64,000 nt of DNA from an uncultured Pelagibacteraceae bacterium (GTDB taxonomy: Bacteria > Pseudomonadota > Alphaproteobacteria > Pelagibacterales > Pelagibacteraceae), in contig CACORD010000001.1 of assembly GCA_902629535.1 (NCBI GenBank), positions 37,928-101,927 of the forward strand, given 5' to 3'. Shown in pieces: positions 21,439 to 33,381 of the stretch; position 1 is the stretch's first letter; each line of letters opens with the position of its first letter. Both the position numbers and the translations under genes were made by a program. The notes beneath the pieces were generated by a model, which saw only the letters and a list, made by a program, of their open reading frames with translations, was not told where the DNA came from and did not search any database.

Positions 21439-21888
21439 TTATTTTGATGCAGCTACTAGTTTTTTATCCTCTTTTTTTTCAGGCTCTTTTGAGGTAGATT
21501 TTTTCTTTTTATCTACTTTTTTTGCTTCAACATCCCTGTCTACAAACTCAATAATTGCCATCGGTGCGTTATCACCATATCTAAAACCAGCTTTAATTAT
21601 TCGTGTATAACCACCTGATCTTTTTTCATATCTTTTTGATAATGTTTTTTTTACTTTATTTGCGGATTTAATATCTTGTAACTGTGAAACTAAAGCTTTA
21701 GTGTTATGAAGAGTATCTTTCTTACCTAATGTAATAATCTTATCAGCCTGAGGTTTTAAAAACTTTGCCTTTGGTAATGTCGTTTTAATTTGCTCGTACT
21801 TTATCAAAGAATTAAGCATATTTTTTAACAGTGCTTTTCTATGCTCAGATGTTCTATTGAGCTTTTTATTAGCAAATCCATGTCTCAT
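21439..21888 (-). CDS. rplQ: 50S ribosomal protein L17
   Basis: MRHG start, GGYTRIIK and GDNAPMA. Confidence 0.98.
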   Translation of the reverse strand: MRHGFANKKLNRTSEHRKALLKNMLNSLIKYEQIKTTLPKAKFLKPQADKIITLGKKDTLHNTKALVSQLQDIKSANKVKKTLSKRYEKRSGGYTRIIKAGFRYGDNAPMAIIEFVDRDVEAKKVDKKKKSTSKEPEKKEDKKLVAASK

Positions 21889-22917
21889 TTATATAGCTTC
21901 CTCGAGTTTTTTAGACATTTCAGCAATGTTGTCTGGTGGCCAATTTGGTATTTCCATACCTAAATACAATGACATTCCTGTTAAAACTTCTTTAATTTCA
22001 TTAAGTGATTTTCTTCCAAAATTTGGTGTTCTAAGCATTTCACCCTCAGACTTTTGAACAAGATCACCAATATAAATTATATTATCATTTTTTAAACAAT
22101 TCATTGATCTTACAGATAGTTCTAATTCATCAACTTTTCTTAATAAATTTTTATTAAATTCTGGTTCTGTGGAAACCTCTTTAACAGGCGCCTCCACAGG
22201 TTCATCAAAATTAATGAACATTTTTAATTGATCTTGAAAAATTCTAGCTGAATATGCTACAGCATCCTCTGCAGAAATAGAGCCATCTGTCTCAACTTCC
22301 ATAGTAAGTTTATCGTAATCGAGTGCTTTACCTTCTCTGGCAGTGCTTACTGAATAAGATACCTTTTTAACTGGACTATAAAGAGAGTCTATCGCAATTA
22401 ATCCTAGCGGTGGTTCTTCAGGTTTATTAAGCTCAGCAGGAACATATCCTTTACCTGTATTAACATTCATTTCCATATGAAAACTTGTATTTTCATCTAA
22501 ATTACAAATAACTAAATCTGGATTTAAAATCTCTACGTCAGCAACCGGTGTGATGTTTGAAGCTTTTATTTCTCCTGGTCCCTTAGCATCTAAAATAAGT
22601 TTCTTAGTTCCCTCTGACGATGATTTCAAAGCTAAAGATTTCACATTTAGCACTATATCGGTAACATCTTCTCTTACACCTTTAATTGATGTGAACTCAT
22701 GTAAAACACCATCTATTTGTATTGATGTAACTGCCGCACCTCTTATTGAGGACAATAAAATTCTTCTTAATGAATTACCTAATGTTAAACCATATCCTTT
22801 TTCAAGGGGTTCTGCTATAATCTTAGCCTTAGATAAATCATCACTCATTTGCACCTCTATTTTTGATGGTTTAATAAGCGATTTCCAATTTTTTATATTT
22901 ACATTTTCAGTTTCCAT
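21889..22917 (-). CDS. rpoA: RNA polymerase alpha subunit
   Basis: [17 protein letters not shown] and [11 protein letters not shown]. Confidence 0.99.
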   Translation of the reverse strand: METENVNIKNWKSLIKPSKIEVQMSDDLSKAKIIAEPLEKGYGLTLGNSLRRILLSSIRGAAVTSIQIDGVLHEFTSIKGVREDVTDIVLNVKSLALKSSSEGTKKLILDAKGPGEIKASNITPVADVEILNPDLVICNLDENTSFHMEMNVNTGKGYVPAELNKPEEPPLGLIAIDSLYSPVKKVSYSVSTAREGKALDYDKLTMEVETDGSISAEDAVAYSARIFQDQLKMFINFDEPVEAPVKEVSTEPEFNKNLLRKVDELELSVRSMNCLKNDNIIYIGDLVQKSEGEMLRTPNFGRKSLNEIKEVLTGMSLYLGMEIPNWPPDNIAEMSKKLEEAI

Positions 22918-23366
22918 TAAACTCTCCTTTTTTTTGGTGGTCTAGTACCATTGTGTGGCATAGGTGTTGTATCTTTTATTGATAAAATTTTAAATCCTCT
23001 TGCTTGTAAAGCTCTCAAAGCTGTTTCTCTACCAGAACCTGGGCCTTTGACTTCAACGGACAAAGTTTTCATTCCATACTCAAGTGCTTTTGATGCCGCT
23101 GCATCGGCTGCAATTTGTGCAGCGTAAGGTGTAGATTTTCTTGATCCTTTAAAACCTTTCTGACCGGCTGAAGCCCATGAAATTACATTTCCATTTGTAT
23201 CTGCAATAGAAATAATTGTATTATTAAATGTTGATTGTACATATGCAATTCCATTTAATATATTTTTTTTTGTTTTTTTCTTTTTTGAGTAAGAACTCTT
23301 TTTAACTTTACTAACTGATTTTTCACTTTTTGACTCTTGTTTTTCAACCTTATCAACTTTAGCCAT
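22917..23366 (-). CDS. rpsK: 30S ribosomal protein S11
   Basis: [15 protein letters not shown] and [13 protein letters not shown]; Lys-rich N-terminal extension. Confidence 0.98.
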   Translation of the reverse strand: MAKVDKVEKQESKSEKSVSKVKKSSYSKKKKTKKNILNGIAYVQSTFNNTIISIADTNGNVISWASAGQKGFKGSRKSTPYAAQIAADAAASKALEYGMKTLSVEVKGPGSGRETALRALQARGFKILSIKDTTPMPHNGTRPPKKRRV

Positions 23367-23368
23367 AA

Positions 23369-23752
23369 TTATTTCTTAAGTGGTGTTAGTTTTTTGCCGG
23401 CAATAGCTATTGCCTTCCCTTTTCTCGTTCTTGCATTACATCTAGTTCTTTGACCTCTGACTGGTAATTTTTTTCTATGTCTTGATCCTCTGTAACAAGC
23501 AAGATCAATTAATCTCTTGATACTCAAAGAGTAATCTCTTCTTAAGTCACCCTCAACTTTAAAATTCTGGTCAATATATTCTCTAATCTTTAATATTTCT
23601 TCATCAGTTAATTGATTAACACGTTTTTCTTTAGGAATTTTTAAAGATGAACAAATTTGTGAGGAAAATTTATCCCCAATCCCATAAATATAGGTAAGAC
23701 CTACATGCACAAGTTTATTTTGTGGGATGTTTATACCTGCAATACGAGCCAT
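23369..23752 (-). CDS. rpsM: 30S ribosomal protein S13
   Basis: [10 protein letters not shown] and LPVRGQRT. Confidence 0.98.
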   Translation of the reverse strand: MARIAGINIPQNKLVHVGLTYIYGIGDKFSSQICSSLKIPKEKRVNQLTDEEILKIREYIDQNFKVEGDLRRDYSLSIKRLIDLACYRGSRHRKKLPVRGQRTRCNARTRKGKAIAIAGKKLTPLKK

Positions 23753-23808
23753 ATATTTTGAGATAATTTTCAGCCTTTTATATAAGAAGATCTTTTAAAG
23801 TCAACGGC

Positions 23809-24372
23809 TTAAACTCTGATAAAATTGTCAATTTTCGCAGTAATTTCCTCAATTTTAGAGGCACCATCTATTTCATAGAAATTTGGATTTTTAGAATAAA
23901 AATCTAAAACAGGCTTTGTGGTTTCCATGTAAGTATCAAATCTTTTAATGAAAGTATTTAAATCGTCATCAGATCTTTTTTCTACAATTTTTCTTTGTTC
24001 TATTCTCTTAATAATTGTCTCTTTATTAACATTAAGAAAAAAAATAAAGTCTATTTCTTGATTAGTTTTTTTTAGTAAAATTTCAAGATTTTCAGCTTGT
24101 GCTAAAGATCTTGGATATCCATCAAAGATTAATTTATTTTTTTTTTGTGGATCAAATAAAGCATTTTCGATGAGTGTATTAACTATCTCATCACTAACAA
24201 ATTTTCCATCATTCATATCATTTACAATTTTTTTTCCAATTTCAGTATTTTTTTGAATTTCTTCTCTGAGCATGTCACCAGTTGATATTTGAAAACTATT
24301 TAATTTTTTTACTAAGTATTTTGCTTGAGTACCTTTTCCAGCTCCTGGGGGTCCGAATAAAATTAAGTTCAC
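23809..24372 (-). CDS. adk: Adenylate kinase (short-LID type)
   Basis: GPPGAGKGTQA, STGDMLR, DGYPRS and RSDD motifs. Confidence 0.96.
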   Translation of the reverse strand: MNLILFGPPGAGKGTQAKYLVKKLNSFQISTGDMLREEIQKNTEIGKKIVNDMNDGKFVSDEIVNTLIENALFDPQKKNKLIFDGYPRSLAQAENLEILLKKTNQEIDFIFFLNVNKETIIKRIEQRKIVEKRSDDDLNTFIKRFDTYMETTKPVLDFYSKNPNFYEIDGASKIEEITAKIDNFIRV

Positions 24373-24381
24373 TTCTATTAT

Positions 24382-25662
24382 CTATTTACCAAATTTAGTT
24401 TTCTTAATTAGTTGTTCATATTGTGAGCTCATCAACCTAGTTTGAATTTGTGTAACAGTATCAATAGCAACAACAACTACAATTAAAACAGATGTGCCAC
24501 CTAAATAAAATGGAATTGGATAGTTTGCTATTAAGAATTCAGGCATCAAACAAACCAAAGTCAAATACAATGCTCCGATAGTTGTCAATCTAGTTAAAAT
24601 ATTTTCGATATAAATTGCTGTACTTTCTCCAGGTCTAATTCCAGGAACAAAACCACCGTATTTTCTTAAATTGTCAGCTGTCTCAGTAGGGTTAAATGTT
24701 ATAGAAGTATAAAAAAAAGTGAAAAAAATTATTCCTGATGCAAATAACAACATATAAAGTGGTTGTCCTTGTGTAAAATAAGAACTCAGATTTAAAAATG
24801 TTTCATTTTCTGAAATATTAAAATTTGAAAACGTTACTGGTAACAAAAGTAATGCGGATGCAAAAATAGCTGGAATAACTCCAGCTTGATTGATCTTCAA
24901 GGGTAAGTGTGAAGATTCTCCACCATACATTTTGTTTCCCATTTGTCTTTTTGGATAATTAATCAAGATTTTTCTTAATGCTCTTTCCATAAATACAATA
25001 AATAAAATTGTAAGTATTAATAGAACAAATATACCTATGATCATTAAAGTTGATATGGCGCCAGTTCTTCCTAATTCAAAAGTAGTGACCAAAGCTCTAG
25101 GAATTTCTGCAACGATGCCAGCAAAAATTATTAGGGAAATTCCATTTCCTATTCCTCTTTGAGTGATTTGCTCACCTAACCACATTAAAAAAATTGTGCC
25201 AGCAACAATAGTCGTAACAGTAGAAATTTTAAAGAAAACCCCGGGATTGATTACCAAGTTTGCAGATGATTCTAAACCAACAGATAATCCATATCCTTGA
25301 ACTGTTGCGAGTAATACTGTTCCGTATCTTGTAATTTGAGTAATTTTTGCTCTTCCAGTTTCACCTTGTGCTTTAAGATTTTTAAAATAATCTGAAACTC
25401 CAGTGAGCAATTGAACAATAATTGATGAAGAAATATAAGGCATTATTCCTAAAGCAAAAATTGCCATTCTACTCACAGCTCCACCAGCAAAGACATTGAA
25501 CATACCAAGTAGTCCTTTTTGATTTCCCTCCATCAAAATTTTAAGTTGTTCAGGGTCAATACCTGGCAACGGAACAAATGTGCCAAATCTATAAACGGCT
25601 AAAATTGCAATAGTAAAAATTATTCTATTTCTTAAATCGCTACTTGAAGATGATGAACTCAT
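24382..25662 (-). CDS. secY: Preprotein translocase SecY
   Basis: ALGIMPYI, GIGNGISLII and IPAIFAS motifs. Confidence 0.98.
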   Translation of the reverse strand: MSSSSSSSDLRNRIIFTIAILAVYRFGTFVPLPGIDPEQLKILMEGNQKGLLGMFNVFAGGAVSRMAIFALGIMPYISSSIIVQLLTGVSDYFKNLKAQGETGRAKITQITRYGTVLLATVQGYGLSVGLESSANLVINPGVFFKISTVTTIVAGTIFLMWLGEQITQRGIGNGISLIIFAGIVAEIPRALVTTFELGRTGAISTLMIIGIFVLLILTILFIVFMERALRKILINYPKRQMGNKMYGGESSHLPLKINQAGVIPAIFASALLLLPVTFSNFNISENETFLNLSSYFTQGQPLYMLLFASGIIFFTFFYTSITFNPTETADNLRKYGGFVPGIRPGESTAIYIENILTRLTTIGALYLTLVCLMPEFLIANYPIPFYLGGTSVLIVVVVAIDTVTQIQTRLMSSQYEQLIKKTKFGK

Positions 25663-25673
25663 TTAATAAGAAG

Positions 25674-26126
25674 TTATTTTTTTAATTGTATAGATCCACC
25701 AACTTTTTCAAGTTTTTCCAAAGCTGATTTTGATGCTAAATCTGCCTCAATATTAATTTTATCCTTAATTTCACCTGTACCTAAAATCTTAAGTTTATTT
25801 GAATTTTTATTTATTAATTTAAGTTTTTTTAGCGAAGAAGAATTTAAAACACTTTTTGTGTCTATTGTTTTTTTATTTATAAAAGATTGAATTTTCTCTA
25901 AATTCAAAACTGCAATATTGTCTCTTTTTAATGGATTGAAACCTCTTTTAGGAAGTCGTCTATAAAGAGGCATCTGTCCACCTTCAAAACTTTTAATAGC
26001 AACACCAGACCTAGATTTTTGACCTTTTACACCTCTTCCAGATGTTTTACCTTTACCAGAGCCGATTCCTCTTCCAACTCTAATTTTTGATTTATTCATC
26101 TTTTGTCTGTTATTTAATTCTATCAT
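25674..26126 (-). CDS. rplO: 50S ribosomal protein L15
   Basis: GRGIGSGKGKT and FEGGQMPLYRRLPKRGF. Confidence 0.98.
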   Translation of the reverse strand: MIELNNRQKMNKSKIRVGRGIGSGKGKTSGRGVKGQKSRSGVAIKSFEGGQMPLYRRLPKRGFNPLKRDNIAVLNLEKIQSFINKKTIDTKSVLNSSSLKKLKLINKNSNKLKILGTGEIKDKINIEADLASKSALEKLEKVGGSIQLKK

Positions 26127-26641
26127 TATCCTCTTTTTTCTATTATTTCTGAAATTTTTTTGTTCCTAATTGATGAAATCTGCTTAGGAGAATTTTGCTT
26201 CATAAGTGCTTTAAGAGTAGCTCTTATAACATTGTGAGCATTCGAGGTACCCATAGATTTTGCAACAATATCTTTAACTCCTAAAACTTCACATACAGCT
26301 CTAACAGGGCCACCTGCAATTATTCCAGTTCCTTTAGATGCAGATCTTAAAATAATACGTCCAGATCCATCTTTAGCCTTAACATCATGATGAATTGTTC
26401 TTCCCTCTCTTAAAGGAATGTGGATGAGTTTCCTTCTAGCGATTTCATTTGCTTTTTTAATTGCGTCAGGTACTTGTTTTGCTTTTGCGTGAGCTATACC
26501 AATTTTTCCCGCTTGATTACCAACAACAACCAAAGCTGAAAAACCAAATCTTCGACCACCTTTTACAACTTTTGTAATTCTGTTTATATGAACTAACTTT
26601 TCTAGAATATCATCAGATTTTTTTTCTTTAAAATTTTCCAT
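26126..26641 (-). CDS. rpsE: 30S ribosomal protein S5
   Basis: KVVKGGRRF and GTGIIAGG. Confidence 0.98.
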   Translation of the reverse strand: MENFKEKKSDDILEKLVHINRITKVVKGGRRFGFSALVVVGNQAGKIGIAHAKAKQVPDAIKKANEIARRKLIHIPLREGRTIHHDVKAKDGSGRIILRSASKGTGIIAGGPVRAVCEVLGVKDIVAKSMGTSNAHNVIRATLKALMKQNSPKQISSIRNKKISEIIEKRG

Positions 26642-26644
26642 TTT

Positions 26645-27001
26645 TTAAAATTCCATTCCGTTTTTTCTTAATGTCTCAGCAAAAATCTTTATTCTTCCAT
26701 GATATTTATATATACCTCTATCGAAATATATTTTACTAATTTTTTTTTCTTGAGCTTTTTTTGCTAATTTTTCTGCAACTATCACTGACAATTCAGATTT
26801 ATTTTTTGTTTTACTTTCTTTTATATCTTTTTCTACAGAAGAGGCTGATAAAAGAGTAACATTTTTTGTATCATCAATAATTTGTGCTGAAATATTTTTG
26901 GTTGATCTAAATATACTTAATCTAAATCTTCCATTACTTGCTACTTTTTTAAGCTTATTGGAAACTCTAAATTTTTTTCTTTTGCTGGTATTTAATTTCA
27001 T
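26645..27001 (-). CDS. rplR: 50S ribosomal protein L18
   Basis: RLSIFRS and [11 protein letters not shown]. Confidence 0.97.
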   Translation of the reverse strand: MKLNTSKRKKFRVSNKLKKVASNGRFRLSIFRSTKNISAQIIDDTKNVTLLSASSVEKDIKESKTKNKSELSVIVAEKLAKKAQEKKISKIYFDRGIYKYHGRIKIFAETLRKNGMEF

Positions 27002-27540
27002 TATTTTTTCTTACCTTCTTTTTTTAAAATATATTGACCTTTTTCTCTAATACCTTTTCCTTTATATGGCTCAATTTTTCTTAATGTTTTAATCTTTGAT
27101 GCAACAGATCCAACCAGTTGTTTATCAAAACCTGATATTTTTAGAGTAGTTTGTTTTTCAACTGTAATCTTAATACCTTCAGGAATGTCAAAATTAATAT
27201 CATGACTATAGCCAAGTTGAAGATTTAATTGATTTCCTTTTAAAGCAGCTCTGTATCCTACACCAACAAGTTCTAATATTTTTTCATATCCTTTAATTGA
27301 TCCAATCACCGCATTATTAATTAAACTTCTATTCATGCCCCATAATCTTTTTGTATTTTGATCAATTTTTTTAGGTTTTATAGTTATTTCTTTTCCCTCT
27401 TTAATATCTAAATTAAACATATCTAAATCAATATTAAGAGACTTTTTTCCCAGTGGTCCCTCAATATTTAACATATTACCAGCAATAGCTACCTTAACTT
27501 TTTCTGGTATTGAAATATTAATTTTTCCTATTTTTGACAT
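27001..27540 (-). CDS. rplF: 50S ribosomal protein L6
   Basis: GVGYRA and EPYKGKGI. Confidence 0.98.
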   Translation of the reverse strand: MSKIGKINISIPEKVKVAIAGNMLNIEGPLGKKSLNIDLDMFNLDIKEGKEITIKPKKIDQNTKRLWGMNRSLINNAVIGSIKGYEKILELVGVGYRAALKGNQLNLQLGYSHDINFDIPEGIKITVEKQTTLKISGFDKQLVGSVASKIKTLRKIEPYKGKGIREKGQYILKKEGKKK

Positions 27541-27541
27541 A

Positions 27542-27937
27542 TTAAAAAACCTTACAGATTATTTCACCACCAACTCTGTGTTTTCTAGCATCAATATCAG
27601 TCATAACACCTTTTGGTGTTGATAATATTGCAATACCTAAACCATTATTTATTTTTGGAAGACTATCTGCACTTGAAAATATCCTTCTTCCAGGCTTAGA
27701 GACTCTTTCAAAATTGTTTATAACAGGGTTTCCATAATGATATTTTAGTTCTAAGGATAAAATATTCTTTTTTTCTTCACTTGAAACTTTAAAATCTTTT
27801 ATAAATCCCTCATTTTTTAGTATATCCGCAATTTTACTTTTAAAGTTTGAGGATGGTAAATCTACTTTTTTGTGATTTCTAGCTTGAGCATTTTTAACTC
27901 TTGCTATCATATCTCCAATTGGGTCACTTAAACTCAT
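27542..27937 (-). CDS. rpsH: 30S ribosomal protein S8
   Basis: MSLSDPIGDM, SKPGRR, STPKGVM and GGEII; start adjusted to 27937. Confidence 0.97.
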   Translation of the reverse strand: MSLSDPIGDMIARVKNAQARNHKKVDLPSSNFKSKIADILKNEGFIKDFKVSSEEKKNILSLELKYHYGNPVINNFERVSKPGRRIFSSADSLPKINNGLGIAILSTPKGVMTDIDARKHRVGGEIICKVF

Positions 27938-27948
27938 AATTTTCCTTT

Positions 27949-28254
27949 CTACCAACTCGATTTAACTAAACCTGGAATTTTTCCTTGTAATCCAAGTTGT
28001 CTTAATGCAATTCTAGATATTTTTAATTTTCTATATACTCCATGAGGTCTTCCGGTAATTTGACACCTGTTCATAACTCTGATTTTTGCAGAATTTCTTG
28101 GTAATTTTGAGAGCTTTTGTTGTGCTTTAAATCTTTCCTCCAGAGGGATCTTTTTATCCATAACTATTTTTTTTAATTTTGCTCTTTTATTAAATAATTT
28201 GTCTGAAAGTTTTATTCTTCTATTATTTTTATTTATTGAGCTCAATTTTGCCAT
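27949..28254 (-). CDS. rpsN: 30S ribosomal protein S14 (long, Zn-free type)
   Basis: NRCQITGRPHG and IPGLVKSSW. Confidence 0.98.
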   Translation of the reverse strand: MAKLSSINKNNRRIKLSDKLFNKRAKLKKIVMDKKIPLEERFKAQQKLSKLPRNSAKIRVMNRCQITGRPHGVYRKLKISRIALRQLGLQGKIPGLVKSSW

Positions 28255-28255
28255 T

Positions 28256-28810
28256 TTAATTTTCTCCTTTTTTTATGAATGGAAAATTCATTTTATTTAA
28301 TAAAGCCAAACTTTGTTCTTTATTTTTTGATGATATTACTATTACAATATCTAGGCCTCTAACTTTATCCGCTCTATCAAAACTTACTTCTGGAAATATA
28401 ATATGCTCTTTAATGCCAAAAGTGTAATTACCAAATTTATCAAATCCATTTGAAGATAATCCTCTAAAATCTTTTACTCTAGGCAAAGCGATATTTACTA
28501 ATCTATCAAGAAATTCATACATTCTATTTTTTCTTAAAGTTACTTTTAAGCCTGCGTTAGATCCTTTTCTTGTTTTAAAGTTTGCAACTGATTTTTTAAA
28601 TTTTGTAATGACTGGTTTTTGACCAGTAATTTTAGCTAAATCTTCCTCACATGACTTTAGCGTTTTGGAATCATTTCCATCAAGTCCTAAACCCATATTT
28701 AAAACAATCTTTTCAATTTTTGGTCCCATATTCAAGTTTTTTAGTTTAAATTCAGCTTTTAAAGCTGGCTGAATTTCCTTTAAATAAATTTCTTTTAATC
28801 TTGGTGTCAT
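28256..28810 (-). CDS. rplE: 50S ribosomal protein L5
   Basis: ITGQKP, LPRVKDFRG and IIFPE. Confidence 0.98.
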   Translation of the reverse strand: MTPRLKEIYLKEIQPALKAEFKLKNLNMGPKIEKIVLNMGLGLDGNDSKTLKSCEEDLAKITGQKPVITKFKKSVANFKTRKGSNAGLKVTLRKNRMYEFLDRLVNIALPRVKDFRGLSSNGFDKFGNYTFGIKEHIIFPEVSFDRADKVRGLDIVIVISSKNKEQSLALLNKMNFPFIKKGEN

Positions 28811-29058
28811 TATTTTTTATCTATAGATTTTTTTGTTTTTTTCTGTTCATCAACTAATTTTAAATTAGATAAATGTATAAAATTTTCTTTTGAAAAAATT
28901 CCACCTTTTTTTTCTTTTGTAGTTTTGATGTGTTTTTTTATCATATTAAGATCTTTTACTTTTGCTCTTTTGTTTGATCTATCTATTTCAATCACTTCAC
29001 CCTCTTTAGCTTTATCTTTTCCAGTAAGAATTTTAACTTTTAAGCCTTTTTTAATCAT
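28810..29058 (-). CDS. rplX: 50S ribosomal protein L24 (short)
   Basis: KOW-like start (GKDK) and IHLSNL; lies between rplN and rplE. Confidence 0.95.
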   Translation of the reverse strand: MIKKGLKVKILTGKDKAKEGEVIEIDRSNKRAKVKDLNMIKKHIKTTKEKKGGIFSKENFIHLSNLKLVDEQKKTKKSIDKK

Positions 29059-29426
29059 TATAGTACCTCTGGTGCTAGTGAAATTATTTTCATTTGTCCT
29101 CTTGTTCTTAATTCTCTTGTCACAGGACCAAAAATTCTGGTTCCAACTGGTTCACCTTTATCATCAACCAATACAGCTGCATTATTATCAAATCTTACTT
29201 TTGATCCATCATCTCTGTGAATACCTTTTTTAACTCTTACTACGACAGCTTTATGAACAGAGCCTTTTTTTACTTTACCTTTAGGTATAGCCTCTTTTAC
29301 AGCAATTACTATTGTGTCTCCAATACTAGCATATCTTCTTTTTGAGCCACCAAGCACTTTAATACATTCTATTTTCTTTGCTCCTGTATTATCAGCAACT
29401 TGTAATTCTGTTTGTACCTGTATCAT
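29058..29426 (-). CDS. rplN: 50S ribosomal protein L14
   Basis: [15 protein letters not shown] and SLAPEVL. Confidence 0.99.
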   Translation of the reverse strand: MIQVQTELQVADNTGAKKIECIKVLGGSKRRYASIGDTIVIAVKEAIPKGKVKKGSVHKAVVVRVKKGIHRDDGSKVRFDNNAAVLVDDKGEPVGTRIFGPVTRELRTRGQMKIISLAPEVL

Positions 29427-29662
29427 TATTTTGAATTCTCCATTACCTGAAATTTTTTGTTTTTAGAAAAAGGTTTACTCTCAATAATTGTAACTTTGTC
29501 ACCTTCCTTATATTTATTATTTTCATCGTGAGCATTGTATTTCTTTCTAACTTTCACAACTTTTTTTAACACTGGATGGGAATATTTTCTTTCAATCATA
29601 ACAGTGATTGTTTTATTTGGTTTATCGCTAACTACGATACCTGTTAAAATTTTCTTAGGCAT
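29426..29662 (-). CDS. rpsQ: 30S ribosomal protein S17
   Basis: GIVVSDK, AHDE and ESKPFSKNK. Confidence 0.97.
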   Translation of the reverse strand: MPKKILTGIVVSDKPNKTITVMIERKYSHPVLKKVVKVRKKYNAHDENNKYKEGDKVTIIESKPFSKNKKFQVMENSK

Positions 29663-29846
29663 TTATTTTTCCTTTTAATATTGTTTTTAATCTTGCAATT
29701 GTTTTTTTAGTTTCATTAATTTTTGAGGGATTTGTAACCTGAGAATTAATTTTTTGAAATCTAAAATTAAATAAATCTTTTTTTGATTTATCGATATTCT
29801 TTAAAATTTCATCTTTTGAAAGTTTTTTTATTTCTTGTTTTTTCAT
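29655..29846 (-). CDS. rpmC: 50S ribosomal protein L29
   Basis: LFNFRFQ and KTIARLKT; position in the S10 operon. Confidence 0.95.
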   Translation of the reverse strand: MKKQEIKKLSKDEILKNIDKSKKDLFNFRFQKINSQVTNPSKINETKKTIARLKTILKGKINA

Positions 29847-29847
29847 T

Positions 29848-30258
29848 TTATAAAAATCTCTTTATTGTTTTAGTTTTAATAGGTAATTTTGCTGAAGCCT
29901 TATACAATGCCTCTTTTGCAATTTGTTCGGAAACACCATCAACCTCAAATAAAATTCTTCCAGGCTTAACCCTACAAGCATAGTATTCAGGTGAACCTTT
30001 TCCTTTACCCATACGAACTTCAATTGGTTTTTTTGAGACTGGAATATTTGGAAATATTCTCGTCCATACTCTTCCCTGTCTTTTCATGTGTCTGGTTAAT
30101 GCAACTCTGGCAGCTTCTATTTGTTTACCAGTTACTCTTTCAGGAGTAAGTGCTTTAAGCGCGTATGCACCATAATTAATGAAATTAGCTCTTGAGGCAT
30201 TACCGTGTATTCTTCCTTTGTGAGCTTTTCTCCACTTTGTTCTTACAGGTTGAAGCAT
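29848..30258 (-). CDS. rplP: 50S ribosomal protein L16
   Basis: QIEAAR and RMGKGKG. Confidence 0.98.
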   Translation of the reverse strand: MLQPVRTKWRKAHKGRIHGNASRANFINYGAYALKALTPERVTGKQIEAARVALTRHMKRQGRVWTRIFPNIPVSKKPIEVRMGKGKGSPEYYACRVKPGRILFEVDGVSEQIAKEALYKASAKLPIKTKTIKRFL

Positions 30259-30938
30259 TATTCTTTACCTTCAGTTGAAATTATTTTGTTCGTTTCTTGG
30301 CTAAATTCTTTTGCAAAGACTTCACCTTTGTAAATCCAAACTTTGATACCAATTATGCCATATGTTGTTAGTGCCTCTGCTTCAGCATAATCTATATCTG
30401 CTCTTAGTGTATGAGAAGGTATAGATCCGTCTCTTAACCATTCTGTTCTAGCAATTTCATTCCCGCCTAGTCTACCACTAACAGAAACTTTAATTCCTTT
30501 GGCTCCTAGTCTTAAGCAAGATTGCATAGCTCTTTTCATTGCACGTCTATAGGAAATTCTTTTAACTAACTGTTGTGCTATATTTTCCGCTACTAAATAT
30601 GCATTAGTCTCAGGTTTTTTTACTTCTTTAATATTTAATGTGACTTCATTTTTGGTAAATTTTGACAAATTATTCTTAATCTTGTCAATGTCACTTCCTT
30701 TTTTCCCTATAACAAAACCAGGTCTGGATGTGTATATAGTAACATAACATTTATTAGAAGTTCTTTCTATCATTACCTTTGAGACGCCAGAATTAATAAC
30801 ATTTTTTTTTATGTATTCTCTAATTTTAAAATCTTCTATTAAATAATTTCCAAAATCTTTTTTTTTAGCATACCAAACAGAATCCCAGCCTCTGTTAACA
30901 CCTAATCTAAAACCAACTGGATTAACTTTTTGTCCCAT
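30258..30938 (-). CDS. rpsC: 30S ribosomal protein S3
   Basis: [13 protein letters not shown] and [10 protein letters not shown]. Confidence 0.98.
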   Translation of the reverse strand: MGQKVNPVGFRLGVNRGWDSVWYAKKKDFGNYLIEDFKIREYIKKNVINSGVSKVMIERTSNKCYVTIYTSRPGFVIGKKGSDIDKIKNNLSKFTKNEVTLNIKEVKKPETNAYLVAENIAQQLVKRISYRRAMKRAMQSCLRLGAKGIKVSVSGRLGGNEIARTEWLRDGSIPSHTLRADIDYAEAEALTTYGIIGIKVWIYKGEVFAKEFSQETNKIISTEGKE

Positions 30939-31320
30939 GACTCTCCATCTTATTTGCTTCTGATAATATTATAGTTACACTAGAATAAGGTTTTAATATT
31001 GGTGCAGCTCTACCTTTTGCTCTAGGTCTAAATCTTTTCATAGTAATTTTTTTTCCACAATAAGCTTCCTTAACAACTAATTTATCAATATCATATTGGA
31101 AGTTATTTTCTGCATTCGCTACTGCTGAGCTAATTGTCTTTTTAATATCTTTAGTAATTCTTTTTTCTGAAAATTCTAAATCTCTAATAGCTACATCTAC
31201 TTTTTTTCCTACAATTCCTTTTAATATAGGATTTAATTTTCTCACACTTGACCTAATATTATTATTTACAGATCTTACTGTTTTTTCCTTTTTAGTTTCT
31301 TTTTTCATCTTTTTTTTCAT
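30922..31320 (-). CDS. rplV: 50S ribosomal protein L22
   Basis: SAVANAENN and [10 protein letters not shown]. Confidence 0.97.
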   Translation of the reverse strand: MKKKMKKETKKEKTVRSVNNNIRSSVRKLNPILKGIVGKKVDVAIRDLEFSEKRITKDIKKTISSAVANAENNFQYDIDKLVVKEAYCGKKITMKRFRPRAKGRAAPILKPYSSVTIILSEANKMESHGTKS

Positions 31321-31322
31321 AA

Positions 31323-31622
31323 TTATTTTTTAGCCTCTGCCTCAGCTGGTTTAGCTTTTTTATCTGCTGGAGTATGACCAAAGAAAGTTCTTGTCGGCGC
31401 AAACTCCCCTAATTTGTGGCCCACCATGTCTTCAGATACAGTTATTGGCACAAATTTTTTACCATTATAAATTAAAAAACTCACACCAACAAAATCTGGT
31501 AAAATAGTAGACTTTCTTGACCATGTTTTAATAGGTATCTTTTTTGGATCAGTTTTATACTTATCAACTTTTCTCATTAAGCTTTCTTCTACAAAAGGAC
31601 CTTTCCAAACTGCTCTTGCCAT
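31323..31622 (-). CDS. rpsS: 30S ribosomal protein S19
   Basis: KTWSRKS and [13 protein letters not shown]. Confidence 0.98.
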   Translation of the reverse strand: MARAVWKGPFVEESLMRKVDKYKTDPKKIPIKTWSRKSTILPDFVGVSFLIYNGKKFVPITVSEDMVGHKLGEFAPTRTFFGHTPADKKAKPAEAEAKK

Positions 31623-32461
31623 TATTTAGTATCCTTTCGTTTATTTCTTCTTCTAACAATAAATTTATCTGTTCGTTTATTATCACGAGTTTTAAGACCT
31701 TTCGCTGATTGCCCTTTAGGAGAAACTGGGTGTCTTCCACCAGCACTTTTTCCTTCTCCACCACCATGAGGGTGATCCACTGGATTTTTGACAACTCCTC
31801 TTGTATGCGGTCTTCTTCCAAGCCATCTAGATCTTCCTGCTTTACCAATTTTTATATTTTTTTGATCTGGATTACTTAATACACCGATAGTTGCTAGTGA
31901 TCTTGAGTCTATTTTTCTTATTTCTCCAGAGGCTAATTTTATAAGGCTATAGTTACCATCTAGGCCACTTATAGTAACTGAAGTACCTGCTGATCTTGCT
32001 AATTTACCACCTCCGCCTGGTTGAATTTCAACGTTATGAATATCTATTCCAACAGGTATATCTTGTAACGGCATACAGTTACCAACTTTTATTTCTTTTT
32101 TAGATCCATTTTCAACAATATCTCCTACTTTAATTTTTTGTGGAGCTAAATAATAAGCGTGAGAATTATCGTCAAATTTTACTAGCATTATGTAACAGGA
32201 TCTGTTTGGATCATATTCTATTCTCTCAACTTTCGCTGGAGCATCAAATTTTTTTCTGTAAAAATCAATGTGCCTGTACATTTTTTTATGGCCACCTGCA
32301 CGATTTATAGATGTTATATGACCATTATTATTTCTCCCTTTCATAGCATTTTTAGGGGAAACCAATCCTTTAAATGGTTTGCCCTTCCAAAGACCTTCTC
32401 TATTAACTAAAATCGTTCCTCTAGTTGACTTTGTATAGGGTTTAAAAGTTTTTAGTGCCAT
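31622..32461 (-). CDS. rplB: 50S ribosomal protein L2
   Basis: IEYDPNRS and [12 protein letters not shown]. Confidence 0.99.
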   Translation of the reverse strand: MALKTFKPYTKSTRGTILVNREGLWKGKPFKGLVSPKNAMKGRNNNGHITSINRAGGHKKMYRHIDFYRKKFDAPAKVERIEYDPNRSCYIMLVKFDDNSHAYYLAPQKIKVGDIVENGSKKEIKVGNCMPLQDIPVGIDIHNVEIQPGGGGKLARSAGTSVTISGLDGNYSLIKLASGEIRKIDSRSLATIGVLSNPDQKNIKIGKAGRSRWLGRRPHTRGVVKNPVDHPHGGGEGKSAGGRHPVSPKGQSAKGLKTRDNKRTDKFIVRRRNKRKDTK

Positions 32462-32462
32462 A

Positions 32463-32756
32463 TTAAATTCCTGTAGTTAGATCAATACTTTGACCTTTCT
32501 TTAATGTTACAATTGCTTTTTTGAAACCTGAGATTTTTACTTTTCTTCCTCTAGTTAATTTAGTTCGATTTTGTTTATTGATAATATTCACTTTCGTTAC
32601 ATTCACTTTGAAAATTTTTTCAATATTAGATTTTATATTCTTTTTATTTGCATTTTTATGAACCTTAAAAACTATTTTGTTTAATCCAGATAAATTAGTA
32701 GACTTTTCAGTTAATAATGGTGAAATTATTTTATCGTATAAATGTAACTTTTCCAT
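32463..32756 (-). CDS. rplW: 50S ribosomal protein L23
   Basis: PLLTEKS and KKAIVTL; start adjusted to MEKL. Confidence 0.96.
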   Translation of the reverse strand: MEKLHLYDKIISPLLTEKSTNLSGLNKIVFKVHKNANKKNIKSNIEKIFKVNVTKVNIINKQNRTKLTRGRKVKISGFKKAIVTLKKGQSIDLTTGI

Positions 32757-32757
32757 A

Positions 32758-33381
32758 TTAAGCAAATCTCTTTTCTAATTCTTTTACTGAAGTTTCTGTA
32801 AAAACAATCTTTTTATATTTAATAACATCAAACGCACTAAAATGATTAATATCCGTTACTTTAACATTCGGAATATTTCTTAACGATTTTTCAACCTTGT
32901 CTTTAGAGGACTTATCTAAAATAATTAAACTATTTAAAATTTCAAATTTTTTTAAAATTAAGCTCATTTCTTTTGTTTTTTTGATTTCATTAGAAAAATC
33001 ACTGAAAACTAATAGTCTATTATTTTTAATTTTTTCACTTATTAGTGATGCGATGCTCTGTTTTTTTTCACTTTTATTTAATTTTCTTTTTTTATATGAT
33101 AACTGACCCTTTGGTCCATGAGCTACTCCACCTCCAACAAATATAGGTGCTTTTCTACTAGCATGTCTCGCATTACCTGTTCCTTTTTGTGCATAAATCT
33201 TTGAAGTTGGTCCTGAAACCTCATTTTGCTGTTTAGTTTTGGCATGTCTACCTTTATAATTTGCATTTGTTTTATATAAAACATTGCTAATCAGTTTGTG
33301 GTTTATTTTTGCTGAAAAGATCTTATCAAGAACTTCTATTGAGCTTTTCTTTCCGTCTAAATTTAGTTTATCAATTTTCAT
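32758..33381 (-). CDS. rplD: 50S ribosomal protein L4
   Basis: QKGTGNARH and GGGVAHGP. Confidence 0.98.
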   Translation of the reverse strand: MKIDKLNLDGKKSSIEVLDKIFSAKINHKLISNVLYKTNANYKGRHAKTKQQNEVSGPTSKIYAQKGTGNARHASRKAPIFVGGGVAHGPKGQLSYKKRKLNKSEKKQSIASLISEKIKNNRLLVFSDFSNEIKKTKEMSLILKKFEILNSLIILDKSSKDKVEKSLRNIPNVKVTDINHFSAFDVIKYKKIVFTETSVKELEKRFA